A stretch of 64,000 nt of DNA from Armatimonadota bacterium (GTDB lineage: Bacteria > Armatimonadota > DTGP01 > JAKQQT01), in NCBI GenBank assembly GCA_036504855.1, contig DASXUL010000031.1, positions 3,077-67,076 of the forward strand, read 5' to 3'. Under the pieces are notes generated by a model. The model was given only the letters and a program-made list of their open reading frames with translations, had not been told where the DNA came from and ran no database searches. Below are positions 29,185 to 38,032 of the stretch, piece by piece. Made by a program: the position numbers and the translations under genes. The first letter of the stretch is position 1, and each line of letters starts with the position of its first letter.

Positions 29185-29610
29185 ATGAACACGAAAAGAC
29201 CCTACACAACACTGGGGCTCATCCTGGCCGCCGGCGCCGCAAACGCGTGGCGCAACCGCCGGCGCGGGCCGGCGACGGTCGTCTACGACGGCGCGTGCCC
29301 CCTGTGCGTGGCGGCCGTGGACCGGCTGCGGGGGTGGGATGCGGGCGGCGTCCTTCGCTATGCCGACGCGCGCGCCGCGGGGGGCGAGTCGCCGCGCGAA
29401 ATGCGCCTCGAGTTTCCGGATGGCCGGAGCCTGGGCGGGTTCGACGCCGCGCGCGCCCTTTGCCTGCTGCTGCCGCGGCTGCGTCCGCTGGCCCCGCTGC
29501 TCTTCGTCCCCGGGATCCGAACTCCGGGCGCCCTCGCCTACCGTCTGGTCGCCAGGTTTCGCCCCATCCCCGGCCGCTGCCAGGGCGGCTCCTGCGCCCG
29601 TGGGAAATGA
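29185..29610 (+). CDS. Thiol-disulfide oxidoreductase DCC family (DUF393)
   Basis: VVYDGACPLCVAAVDRLRGWD is the DCC-family CxxC signature. Confidence 0.55.
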   Translation: MNTKRPYTTLGLILAAGAANAWRNRRRGPATVVYDGACPLCVAAVDRLRGWDAGGVLRYADARAAGGESPREMRLEFPDGRSLGGFDAARALCLLLPRLRPLAPLLFVPGIRTPGALAYRLVARFRPIPGRCQGGSCARGK

Positions 29611-29708
29611 GCGTCCAGGCATGACGCGCCCGGCCTTAGACAGACCATAAGATTAACACCCCTGCCCACGATTTCGCGTCGTACCGCCGGTTTATAATGC
29701 GGGTACTG

Positions 29709-29756
29709 CGCCTACATATAGTGTGTCGCAGCCATCTGGTATACTATATCTTGTGG
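29709..29756 (+). promoter_or_regulatory. Two putative NrdR boxes spaced 32 bp apart, within a locally AT-rich nrdJ promoter/leader
   Basis: Box 1 cgcctacatatagtgt (29709-29724) and box 2 atactatatcttgtgg (29741-29756) match the recalled NrdR operator palindrome (acaCwAtATaTwGtgt) at 13/16 and 12/16. tatact (-10-like) overlaps box 2. Confidence 0.45.
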
Positions 29757-29900
29757 TTGCCCCACATTAACACTGCGGGCCACTTGAAGAACCGCCGACA
29801 ATTGTGGTCGTGTTCTTTGCCCTGTTTTCAGATTCATGCAGTCCGGCGGCGCGAGGAGCTTTAGGGCGACCCCGCCGCGACCGATAAAGGAGTTCGGATC

Positions 29901-32729
29901 ATGTTGGACACCCATCCGGGATCGGACGCGGGAGACGGGTTCACGCTCGGCGCCCCGCCCGCGCGCAAATCGCGCGCCAAGAAAGCCGTCCGGCGCGGCA
30001 TCACCGTGCGCCGGTTCTTCACCGAGCCGGACGTCCACCCCTTCGATGAGCTCGAATGGGAGATGCGCTCCGCCGCCATCACCGACGAGAGCGGCAAGAT
30101 CATCTTCGAGCAGAAGGATGTGGAAATGCCGGTCAGTTGGAGCCAACTGGCCACCAACGTCGTCGTCTCCAAATACTTCAAGGGCCCCATTGACACGCCG
30201 CAGCGCGAGCGCAGCCTGAAGCAACTGATCGGCCGCGTTACCGCCACCCTCACCGCCTGGGGCGTGAAGGACAACTATTTCGCGGACCAGGAGGATGCCG
30301 AGGCTTTCAACGCCGAGCTTTCCTACCTGCTGGTGAACCAGTACGCCGCCTTCAACAGCCCGGTGTGGTTCAACGTGGGCGTGGAAGCGAACCCGCAGTG
30401 CTCCGCCTGCTTCATCCAGAGCGTGCAGGACAACATGAGCAGCATCATGGACCTCGCCAAGAACGAGGTGATGCTCTTCAAGTACGGTTCCGGCACCGGC
30501 TCCAACCTCTCCAACATCCGCAGCTCCAAGGAGCATCTGGGCGGCGGCGGCGTGGCCAGCGGCCCCGTTTCCTTCATGAAGGGGTACGATTCGTTCGCCG
30601 GCGTCATCAAGTCCGGCGGCAAGACGCGCCGCGCGGCCAAGATGGTGATCCTGAACGCGGATCACCCGGATATCGAGGAGTTCATCAACTGCAAGGCCTC
30701 GGAAGAGAGGAAGGCCTGGGCGCTGATCGACGCCGGCTATGACGGCGGGTTCAACGTGGTTGGCGGCGCCTACGACAGCATCCAGTTCCAGAACGCCAAC
30801 AACTCCGTGCGCGCCACCGACGACTTCATGCGCGCCGTGGACCAGGACGGCGATTGGACCACCCGCTTCGTTACCACCGGCGAGCCGTACGAAACGAAGA
30901 AGGCCCGCGAGTATATGCGCCAGATCGCCGAGGCCGCCTGGGTCTGCGGCGACCCCGGCATGCAGTTCCACACCACCATCAACGACTGGCATACCTGCCC
31001 GAACACCGCCCCCATCAACGCCTCCAACCCGTGCAGCGAGTACGTGTTCCTGGATGACTCCGCCTGCAATCTCGCCAGCCTGAACCTGATGAAGTTCCGC
31101 GAGGAAGACGGCGCCCTGGATATCGACGCGTTCTGCCACGCGGTCAGCATCTTCGTGCTGGCCCAGGAGATCATCGTCGGGAACGCGGCCTATCCCACCG
31201 AGGCCATCGAGAAGAACAGCCATGCCTACCGCCCGCTGGGCCTCGGATACGCCAACCTGGGCGCGCTGCTGATGGCGCGCGGCGTGCCTTACGACAGCGA
31301 TGAAGGCCGGGCCATCTGCGGAGCCATTACCGCCCTGATGACCGGCCAGGCCTACAAAACCAGCGCGCAGATCGCCGCCCACACCGGCCCCTTCGCCGGC
31401 TTCGCGGCCAACCGCGAACCCTGCCTGCGCGTCATCAAGAAGCACGGCGCCGCCGTGAACACCATTGACCCGAAGAAGTGCTCCGAGGACCTCCTGGAAG
31501 CCGCCAAGGAAGTCTGGTCGGACGCCTACGCGGTGGCCAGCGAGCACGGAGTGCGCAACGCCCAGGTGACCGTGCTGGCGCCCACCGGCACCATCGCCTT
31601 CTTCATGGACTGCGACACCACCGGCATCGAGCCGGACATCGCGTTGGTGAAGTACAAGAAGCTGGTGGGCGGCGGACTGCTGAAGATCGTGAACCAGACC
31701 GTGCCCGAGGCCCTGACGCGGCTCGGCTACGACGCGGATGAGGTATCCGGCATCCTGGACTATATCGACCAGAACGACACGATCGAGGGCGCGCCCGGGC
31801 TGCGGGATGAGCATCTGCCGGTGTTCGATTGCGCCTTCAAGCCCGCCAATGGCCTGCGCAGCATCCACTACATGGGCCACGTCCGCATGATGGCGGCGGC
31901 CCAGCCGTTCATCAGCGGCGCCATCTCGAAGACGGTGAACATGCCCCACACGGCCACCGCCGAGGAGATCGCCCACACCTACCTGGAAGCCTGGAAGCTG
32001 GGGCTGAAGGCCATCGCTATCTACCGCGACGGGTGCAAGCGCACCCAGCCGCTGAACACCAGCCGCGACGCCGGTTCCGGCGCGCAGACGCCCGCCAACC
32101 AGGTCGTGATGGCCCCCGAAGCGCGCCCGCAGCGGCGGCGCCTGCCGGACGAGCGCAACAGCGTGACCCACAAGTTCAGCGTGGCCGGCCATGAGGGCTA
32201 TATCACCGTTGGCCTGTATGAAGACGGCACGCCCGGCGAGGTGTTCATCACCATCAGCAAGGAAGGCAGCGTGGTTAGCGGCATGATGGATGCTTTTGCC
32301 ACCGCCATCAGCCTGAACCTGCAATACGGCGTGCCCCTGGGCGTGCTGGTGAAGAAGTACAGCCACATGCGCTTCGAGCCCAGCGGCTTTACCCAGAACA
32401 AGCAGATCCCCATCGCCAAGAGCATCGTGGACTACATCTTCCGCTGGATGGCGCTGAAGTTCATGCCGGACACGGAACAGCCCAACCTGCCGCTGGAGAT
32501 GGAGCCCGTTAAGCCGGTCGCCAACGGCAACGGCAAGAGCAACGGCCTCACCGGCCTGGCCATGGCCGCCCTGGGCGCCAACAAGTCGGTGACCCTGGCC
32601 TCTCAGGAAGCCCTGGTCTACCAGACCCAAACCGACGCCCCGCCCTGCCCCGAGTGCGGCACCATCATGACCCGCTCCGGCAGTTGCTACCGCTGCATCA
32701 ACTGCGGAGGCACCAGCGGCTGCTCGTAG
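29901..32729 (+). CDS. nrdJ: Adenosylcobalamin-dependent (class II) ribonucleotide reductase
   Basis: 942 aa. Conserved RNR regions (NPCSEYVFLDDSACNLASLNL, ...ISKTVNMP..., active-site Cys/Glu context) and a C-terminal zinc ribbon CPECG...CYRCINCG. Confidence 0.9.
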   Translation: MLDTHPGSDAGDGFTLGAPPARKSRAKKAVRRGITVRRFFTEPDVHPFDELEWEMRSAAITDESGKIIFEQKDVEMPVSWSQLATNVVVSKYFKGPIDTPQRERSLKQLIGRVTATLTAWGVKDNYFADQEDAEAFNAELSYLLVNQYAAFNSPVWFNVGVEANPQCSACFIQSVQDNMSSIMDLAKNEVMLFKYGSGTGSNLSNIRSSKEHLGGGGVASGPVSFMKGYDSFAGVIKSGGKTRRAAKMVILNADHPDIEEFINCKASEERKAWALIDAGYDGGFNVVGGAYDSIQFQNANNSVRATDDFMRAVDQDGDWTTRFVTTGEPYETKKAREYMRQIAEAAWVCGDPGMQFHTTINDWHTCPNTAPINASNPCSEYVFLDDSACNLASLNLMKFREEDGALDIDAFCHAVSIFVLAQEIIVGNAAYPTEAIEKNSHAYRPLGLGYANLGALLMARGVPYDSDEGRAICGAITALMTGQAYKTSAQIAAHTGPFAGFAANREPCLRVIKKHGAAVNTIDPKKCSEDLLEAAKEVWSDAYAVASEHGVRNAQVTVLAPTGTIAFFMDCDTTGIEPDIALVKYKKLVGGGLLKIVNQTVPEALTRLGYDADEVSGILDYIDQNDTIEGAPGLRDEHLPVFDCAFKPANGLRSIHYMGHVRMMAAAQPFISGAISKTVNMPHTATAEEIAHTYLEAWKLGLKAIAIYRDGCKRTQPLNTSRDAGSGAQTPANQVVMAPEARPQRRRLPDERNSVTHKFSVAGHEGYITVGLYEDGTPGEVFITISKEGSVVSGMMDAFATAISLNLQYGVPLGVLVKKYSHMRFEPSGFTQNKQIPIAKSIVDYIFRWMALKFMPDTEQPNLPLEMEPVKPVANGNGKSNGLTGLAMAALGANKSVTLASQEALVYQTQTDAPPCPECGTIMTRSGSCYRCINCGGTSGCS

Positions 32730-32823
32730 TCGACTCCAAAACCCGTTCGTGAACCGGGGGCCGCGCCAGACTTGGCGCGGCCCTCCGACCATCTCGGTTA
32801 GCCGAGTAGGAGAAAGCACAAAG

Positions 32824-33672
32824 TTGACGTTTTCCGAAAGAATGGGGATCGTGAAGCCTCGCGAGGCGCTCCAGGTTAGCCGGATCGATACCGCGCTGCG
32901 TTACTCACTTTGGAACACAGTTGTGTCTGCCTTCGGCAATGACTGGCGCAAACTTGCCGGTCTGTTGTTCGACAAACACTGCAAACTACCAGTAGACTCC
33001 CTGCCCGACAAATCATACTGCGAACATCGCGGTGGCCGTGACGAGAACAGCCCATGCCGCCACTGGCTTCTGGATAAGTTCAACTGCTGCCCCTGGTACG
33101 AGGTATACGACCTGTTGGAGTGCATAGTCACCAACTTGAACCTGCTTCAGCCAGACGCCGTGCTGCAGAGACAATTCCTGCAGGAGGTCAGCCAAGTTCT
33201 AGAGCGTGAGGGCTCAGGCTACCGCCTCATTGGGACCGAGTTCGCCCCCATAGCATCAGAGGCAGACATTGCGGCGATTGAGGCGGCTCAGCGCTCGCCA
33301 TTGGTAGGTGCCAGCACGCACATCAGCAAGGGCCTCTCCTGCTTCGCACGGAAACCCGAACCAGACTACCACAATTGCATCAAGGAATCTATCACTGCGG
33401 TGGAGAGCGTCTGCAAGATCATCGTCGGCGACGACAAGGCTACACTTGGCAAGGTGCTCAGTAAGCTCGACAGCGTCATGCCCATTCACAAAAGCCTGCG
33501 CCAGTCCATGGACTTCCTGTACGCATTCACAAACGATGAGGGCGGCATCCGGCATGCCGGCTCGACCAAGTCCGAAGTCGGTTGCGCCGAAGCCAGGTTC
33601 TGCTTGGTGACGTGTTCCGCCCTCGTCGGTTACCTCACCGACAAGGCGCGGGAGACTGGCCTTCTTTCGTAG
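32824..33672 (+). CDS. AbiJ-NTD4 / HEPN (Abi_C)-like abortive-infection-type protein, in a lower-GC islet
   Basis: N-terminus (M)TFSERMGIVKPREALQVSRIDTALRYSLWNTVVSAF resembles the AbiJ N-terminal domain. TTG start at 32824, with RBS aggaga 8 nt upstream. Local GC is about 55-58% against 68-70% in flanks. Confidence 0.5.
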   Translation: MTFSERMGIVKPREALQVSRIDTALRYSLWNTVVSAFGNDWRKLAGLLFDKHCKLPVDSLPDKSYCEHRGGRDENSPCRHWLLDKFNCCPWYEVYDLLECIVTNLNLLQPDAVLQRQFLQEVSQVLEREGSGYRLIGTEFAPIASEADIAAIEAAQRSPLVGASTHISKGLSCFARKPEPDYHNCIKESITAVESVCKIIVGDDKATLGKVLSKLDSVMPIHKSLRQSMDFLYAFTNDEGGIRHAGSTKSEVGCAEARFCLVTCSALVGYLTDKARETGLLS

Positions 33673-33728
33673 CGCCCGGGCGTTACGCCGTGCGGAGGCT
33701 CTTCGGCGCGATGTGTAGCCTTCCTTCC

Positions 33729-33876
33729 CACGTCACCCTGAGGAACGAAGGGTCTCGGCCTTGCGCTGCGTCGTGGGAGACGTCTCAGGCACCCGATACC
33801 ACCTTGGCATGGGTGCTTGAGACGTTTTTTGTTGCGGGCGGCCAGGCCGAGACCCTTCGTTCCTCAGGGTGACGTG
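33729..33876. repeat. 32-bp perfect inverted repeat flanking an inner terminator-like hairpin
   Basis: cacgtcaccctgaggaacgaagggtctcggcc (33729-33760) is perfectly reverse-complementary to 33845-33876. Inner stem gagacgtctcaggcaccc...gggtgcttgagacg is followed by ttttttgtt. Confidence 0.65.
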
Positions 33877-34308
33877 GAAGGGAGGCGACTCGCATCGCGA
33901 ACGGAAGCCCCGCGCGCGGACGGGTCAGGACGGCCAGCGTCCCTTGGCGCGGCGCGGGGCGGACACGGCAGGCCGTGTCCCTTCGCTTACCTGGTTCCCT
34001 CCGCCGAACGGTGGACGGCCGGGCCCACCGGGTCCGGGCGGCTCCGGCGCGGCCCTTCAGGGCCATCATGGCCGATGGCCCGTAGACGGGGGGGTCCAAC
34101 CCCCGGCCCACCTCCCGCCCAGCCTCTCCCCGCTGACGGCTGATAGCTGACGGCTTCTTATATGACGCGCTTATGAACTCTCTGTGAATTCTCGCGGCCG
34201 CTGAGCGTGGAGGCGCTTCGGGGACGCTTAAGAGGGCGGTTTTGGGGCCGAAGACCCAGATGGTTGCGCACCCAATAACCGAAACGAATAGGCACGGAGG
34301 CCACAACA

Positions 34309-34902
34309 ATGACCATCTCAGGTCTCGGTTCCAGCTACAACATCAAATCGTTGACCGGAACCCAAAGCACATCATCGATCGCCAGCCTGCTGGCGACGGA
34401 GGACACAGACAGCGCGAGTTCCACATCCAGCGCCGCCGATCTGTCGAAGCCAGGCCAGATGCTGGCCAAGTTGAAGCAGCTTCAGCAGGAAGACCCGGCC
34501 AAGTTCAAGGAAGTCGTCAGCAAAATCGCGGACAAGCTCTCGGCCGCGGCCGAGAAGGCCGGCGCGGATACCAAAGACGGCAAGTTCCTTACGAAGCTCG
34601 CCAGCGATTTCCAGAAGGCGGCGGACACGGGCGACCTCTCGTCGCTGGAGCCGCCGGCTCGCCCGGCCAATGACGCCATCGCCGCCTACAAGTCGCTCAG
34701 CGGCAGCGATGGCAGCGCGCTCGGCAAAGCAGCCAACGGCAAGGGCCCCCGCGGCGCCGGCGGACCTCCTCCGGGCGGACCGCCGCCCGCCAGCAGCGCC
34801 TCCGACGACGATGACGACTCCGACACGACCACTGTGAAGTCCCTGCTGGATCAGATCGACGACGAACTGACCGCCGCCCTCAGCGGAAGCTCCGAGTCCT
34901 GA
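34309..34902 (+). CDS. Hypothetical low-complexity (Ser/Ala/Asp-rich, likely disordered) protein
   Basis: 197-aa ORF with moderate-GC codon usage. Poly-D/S tracts and a GGPPPGGPPP motif. No recognisable domain. Confidence 0.35.
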   Translation: MTISGLGSSYNIKSLTGTQSTSSIASLLATEDTDSASSTSSAADLSKPGQMLAKLKQLQQEDPAKFKEVVSKIADKLSAAAEKAGADTKDGKFLTKLASDFQKAADTGDLSSLEPPARPANDAIAAYKSLSGSDGSALGKAANGKGPRGAGGPPPGGPPPASSASDDDDDSDTTTVKSLLDQIDDELTAALSGSSES

Positions 34903-35310
34903 TCTCACCCCCAGGTGCATAGAGCGATGATTAGCTGAATGCCGAAGCCGGCGCGGAACGACAATCCCCCTCCCGCTCTCGCCGGCTCCGGCATTCCCCA
35001 TCCGTCACTCATCGCACGTCACGCCGCATCCAACCGGCCACGGCGCCCGCCAGGAAGCCCAGCGGCAGGTAGCGGCCGAAATCCTCCATCAGCGCTCGAA
35101 TGCACTGGGCGTCCACCGGCCCTCTCACCGTTCCGATGACCACCAGCGCCACCAACCCGATCCCCATCACGCCGCCCACCAGGCTTCTCCCCACGTTGGC
35201 TGTCCGTTCCATCGTTCCATATCCTCCATTCGGCGCGCCCTCATTGGCCCGTCAAAAGGAGCTTGCTCCATCCCCCTCCCCGCCGCACTGGTCCCTTGGT
35301 ACCGATTTGG

Positions 35311-35448
35311 GAGTCGTCAGTCATCAGTTTTCAGTCATCAGTGATCAGTCGTCAGTCATCAGCCCGAAGGCTCATATGAGCAGCGCACTTTCCTGATGGA
35401 GCAAACCCTCGGGCTGATGACTGACGACTGACAACTGACGACTGATCA
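35311..35448. repeat. Nested-palindrome intergenic element, copy 4, upstream of queG
   Basis: gagtcgtcagtcatcagttttcagtcatcagtgatcagtcgtcagtcatcagcccgaagg...ccctcgggctgatgactgacgactgacaactgacgactgatca. Confidence 0.75.
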
Positions 35449-35475
35449 CCGAAAACTCCCGCTACACTGAATCCC

Positions 35476-36621
35476 ATGGACACGGCGGCGTTCACGGCGG
35501 AATTGAAGGCGGAGGCGCGGCGGCTCGGGTTCCCGGCGGCCCGCGCGGCTCTCGCCCAGCCGGCCGCGCACCGCTCGGCCTTCCGCGCCTGGCTGGATGC
35601 GGGCATGCACGGCGAGATGGCGTACATGGCGCGCGTCCCGGAGGTGCGCGAGGATCCCGCCGCCCTGCTGCCTGGCGCCGTTTCCGCCCTCGTGGTGGGC
35701 CTCAACTACTTCACGCCGGACAGGGACTCATCTGCGCCGCGCCCGGCCGGGGTCGTCAGCCGGTATGTGCGCGGCGGGGATTACCATGAGGCCATGTGGG
35801 CGCGCCTGAACGAACTGGGGGCCTGGGTGCGCGCCCGCGTGCCCGGCGCTGAAGCGAAAGGCTGTGTAGATACCGCTCCGGTGTTGGAGAGAGACCTGGC
35901 GGCCGCCGGCGGGCTCGGCTGGATCGGGAAGAACACATGCCTCATCACGCCCGGCGTTGGGTCCTGGTACTTCATCGGCGAGTTGCTCCTCAGCGTGCCG
36001 CTGGAGCCGGACCCGCCGATCGGCGACCACTGCGGATCGTGCCGCAGGTGCCTCGACGCCTGCCCCACCGGCGCCTTCGCCGGGCCGCGCGCTCTGGATG
36101 CCCGCCGCTGCATCTCCTACCTCACCATCGAGCTCAAAGGCCCCATCCCGCGCGACCTGCGCCCCCTGATGGGCCTGCACGTCTACGGCTGCGACATCTG
36201 CCAGGACGTCTGCCCTCACAACAAATGGCAGACGCCCACCAACGACCCGGCCCTCCAGCCGCGGTCTGATCTGAACCGGCCGGACCTGCTGGACCTCCTT
36301 TCGCTGGACGCGGAGGCTTTCCGCGCGCGGTTCCGCGGGTCGGCCATCCTCCGCACGAAGCGGCGCGGGCTCTTGCGAAACGTCTGCGTGGCCCTGGGAA
36401 ACGCCGGAGACGCGCGCGCCGCGCCGGCGCTTACCGCCGCGCTTTCCGACCCGGAGCCCCTCGTTCGCGGTCACGCCGCATGGGCGCTGGGCCGCCTCGG
36501 CGGCGCGGAGGAGGCGTTGCGCGCGGCCCGGGCCGGGGAGGCCGATGCGTGGGTGCGCGAGGAGATCGACGAAGCGCTATCGGATTCCTTGCCTCACCCT
36601 CCCTGCGAGGGGCCACAATGA
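35476..36621 (+). CDS. queG: Epoxyqueuosine reductase
   Basis: Two 4Fe-4S motifs (CGSCRRCLDACPTGAF, CDICQDVCPHNKW) plus C-terminal HEAT-like PEPLVRGHAAWALGRLG. Confidence 0.85.
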   Translation: MDTAAFTAELKAEARRLGFPAARAALAQPAAHRSAFRAWLDAGMHGEMAYMARVPEVREDPAALLPGAVSALVVGLNYFTPDRDSSAPRPAGVVSRYVRGGDYHEAMWARLNELGAWVRARVPGAEAKGCVDTAPVLERDLAAAGGLGWIGKNTCLITPGVGSWYFIGELLLSVPLEPDPPIGDHCGSCRRCLDACPTGAFAGPRALDARRCISYLTIELKGPIPRDLRPLMGLHVYGCDICQDVCPHNKWQTPTNDPALQPRSDLNRPDLLDLLSLDAEAFRARFRGSAILRTKRRGLLRNVCVALGNAGDARAAPALTAALSDPEPLVRGHAAWALGRLGGAEEALRAARAGEADAWVREEIDEALSDSLPHPPCEGPQ

Positions 36622-36655
36622 GGCCAAATCCAGTCCCAATGAAACGGGGAAATAC

Positions 36656-38032
36656 ATGAACAAACGATGGTTCCTGGCGCTGGCCATGCTGGCTCCGCTG
36701 GCGACGGCGCCGGCGGGAGCGGCGCGTCCGGCGCCCAAGGCCGCTTTGCCTCGCGTGCCGCGCGTCAACTTCACCGACACGCGCCTGAAGAATGGCCTGC
36801 GCGTGCTCCTCGCGCGAGACGCTTCCGCGCCGGTCATCTCCGTGGCGGTGGTCTACAACGTGGGCGCCTTCGTGGAGCCCGTGGGGCACACCGGCTTCGC
36901 CCACCTCTTCGAGCACCTCATGTTCGAGGGCTCCGCCAACCTCGCCAAGGGCGAGCACGCCAAGCTGCTTACCGACAACGGCGGCACTTACAATGGCGGC
37001 ACGTCGTTCGACTTCACCATCTACTACGAAACGCTGCCGTCCAACCAGCTAGCCCTGGGGCTCTTCCTCGAGGCCGACCGCATGGGCGGCCTGGACGTCA
37101 CTCAGAGAAACCTGGACAACCAGCGCGCCGTGGTGCAGGAAGAGCGCCGGATGCGCTACGACAACGTGCCCTACGGCACGCTCAGCGAGCGGCTTCAGGA
37201 CCTGGCTTTCACGAAGTCCCCCTACAAGCACATGCCGATCGGCTCCATGGCCGACCTCAACGCCGCCAGCCTCGCGTACGTGCGCCACTTCTACCGCACA
37301 TTCTACGCGCCGGACAACGCCGTTCTGGTGGTCTCCGGTGACTTCGATCCCGCCCGGGCCGCGGCCCTCGTGAGCAAGTACTTTGCTCGCATCCCGCGCG
37401 GGCCGAAGCCTACCTTCCCCTCCCTCTATGAGCCGCCGCAGACCAAAGAGCGTCGCCTGGCCTACACGGATCCGCTGGCCTCGCTTCCGGCCTATATCTC
37501 CGGATACCACATTCCCAACGGCAACCACCCCGATGCGCCCGCTCTCGAGATGCTGGGCTCTGTTCTCACTGGCGGCAAGTCCGCCCGCGTCTGGAAGTCC
37601 CTGGTGGAAGTGAAGCAGGTGTGCACCTCCGTAAGCGCCGGCGGCGGCGCCGGCCGGGGTCCCGACTTGTTCACGTTCCGTATGACATTCGCGCCCGGTC
37701 AGAAGGTGGAAACCGCCGAAGCCGCCCTGGACGCCGAGATCGCGCGCGTTCGGCAGAGCGGCGTTACAGCCGACGAGATGCGCACGGCGCGCGTTCAGGC
37801 GCTCCTCGGCGCCGTTCAGAGCCGGCGCGATTCCATGATGCGAGCCGAAGAGATCGGCATCGACGCCGTTGTATATGGTGATCCCAACCGCGCCAACACC
37901 CATCTGGCGAAGCTGAACGCCGTTACGGCCGCCGACGTGCGGCGCGTGGCGAGGAAGTACCTGGTCCGCTCAAACCGCAGCGTGGTTATCGCCCTGCCGC
38001 CCGTCGCCAACGTTCCGGAGGCCGCACAATGA
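36656..38032 (+). CDS. M16 (pitrilysin/insulinase) family zinc peptidase, catalytic-type subunit
   Basis: Signal peptide MNKRWFLALAMLAPLATAPAGAA. Inverted zinc motif HTGFAHLFEHLMFEG (HxxEH). ATG at 36656. Confidence 0.8.
   Translation: MNKRWFLALAMLAPLATAPAGAARPAPKAALPRVPRVNFTDTRLKNGLRVLLARDASAPVISVAVVYNVGAFVEPVGHTGFAHLFEHLMFEGSANLAKGEHAKLLTDNGGTYNGGTSFDFTIYYETLPSNQLALGLFLEADRMGGLDVTQRNLDNQRAVVQEERRMRYDNVPYGTLSERLQDLAFTKSPYKHMPIGSMADLNAASLAYVRHFYRTFYAPDNAVLVVSGDFDPARAAALVSKYFARIPRGPKPTFPSLYEPPQTKERRLAYTDPLASLPAYISGYHIPNGNHPDAPALEMLGSVLTGGKSARVWKSLVEVKQVCTSVSAGGGAGRGPDLFTFRMTFAPGQKVETAEAALDAEIARVRQSGVTADEMRTARVQALLGAVQSRRDSMMRAEEIGIDAVVYGDPNRANTHLAKLNAVTAADVRRVARKYLVRSNRSVVIALPPVANVPEAAQ

Noticed and set aside
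29712-32819. 1035-aa ORF on the minus strand
   Set aside because: Exactly antisense to nrdJ, Gly/Ala/Val/Arg-rich and low complexity. A typical GC-rich antisense artefact.
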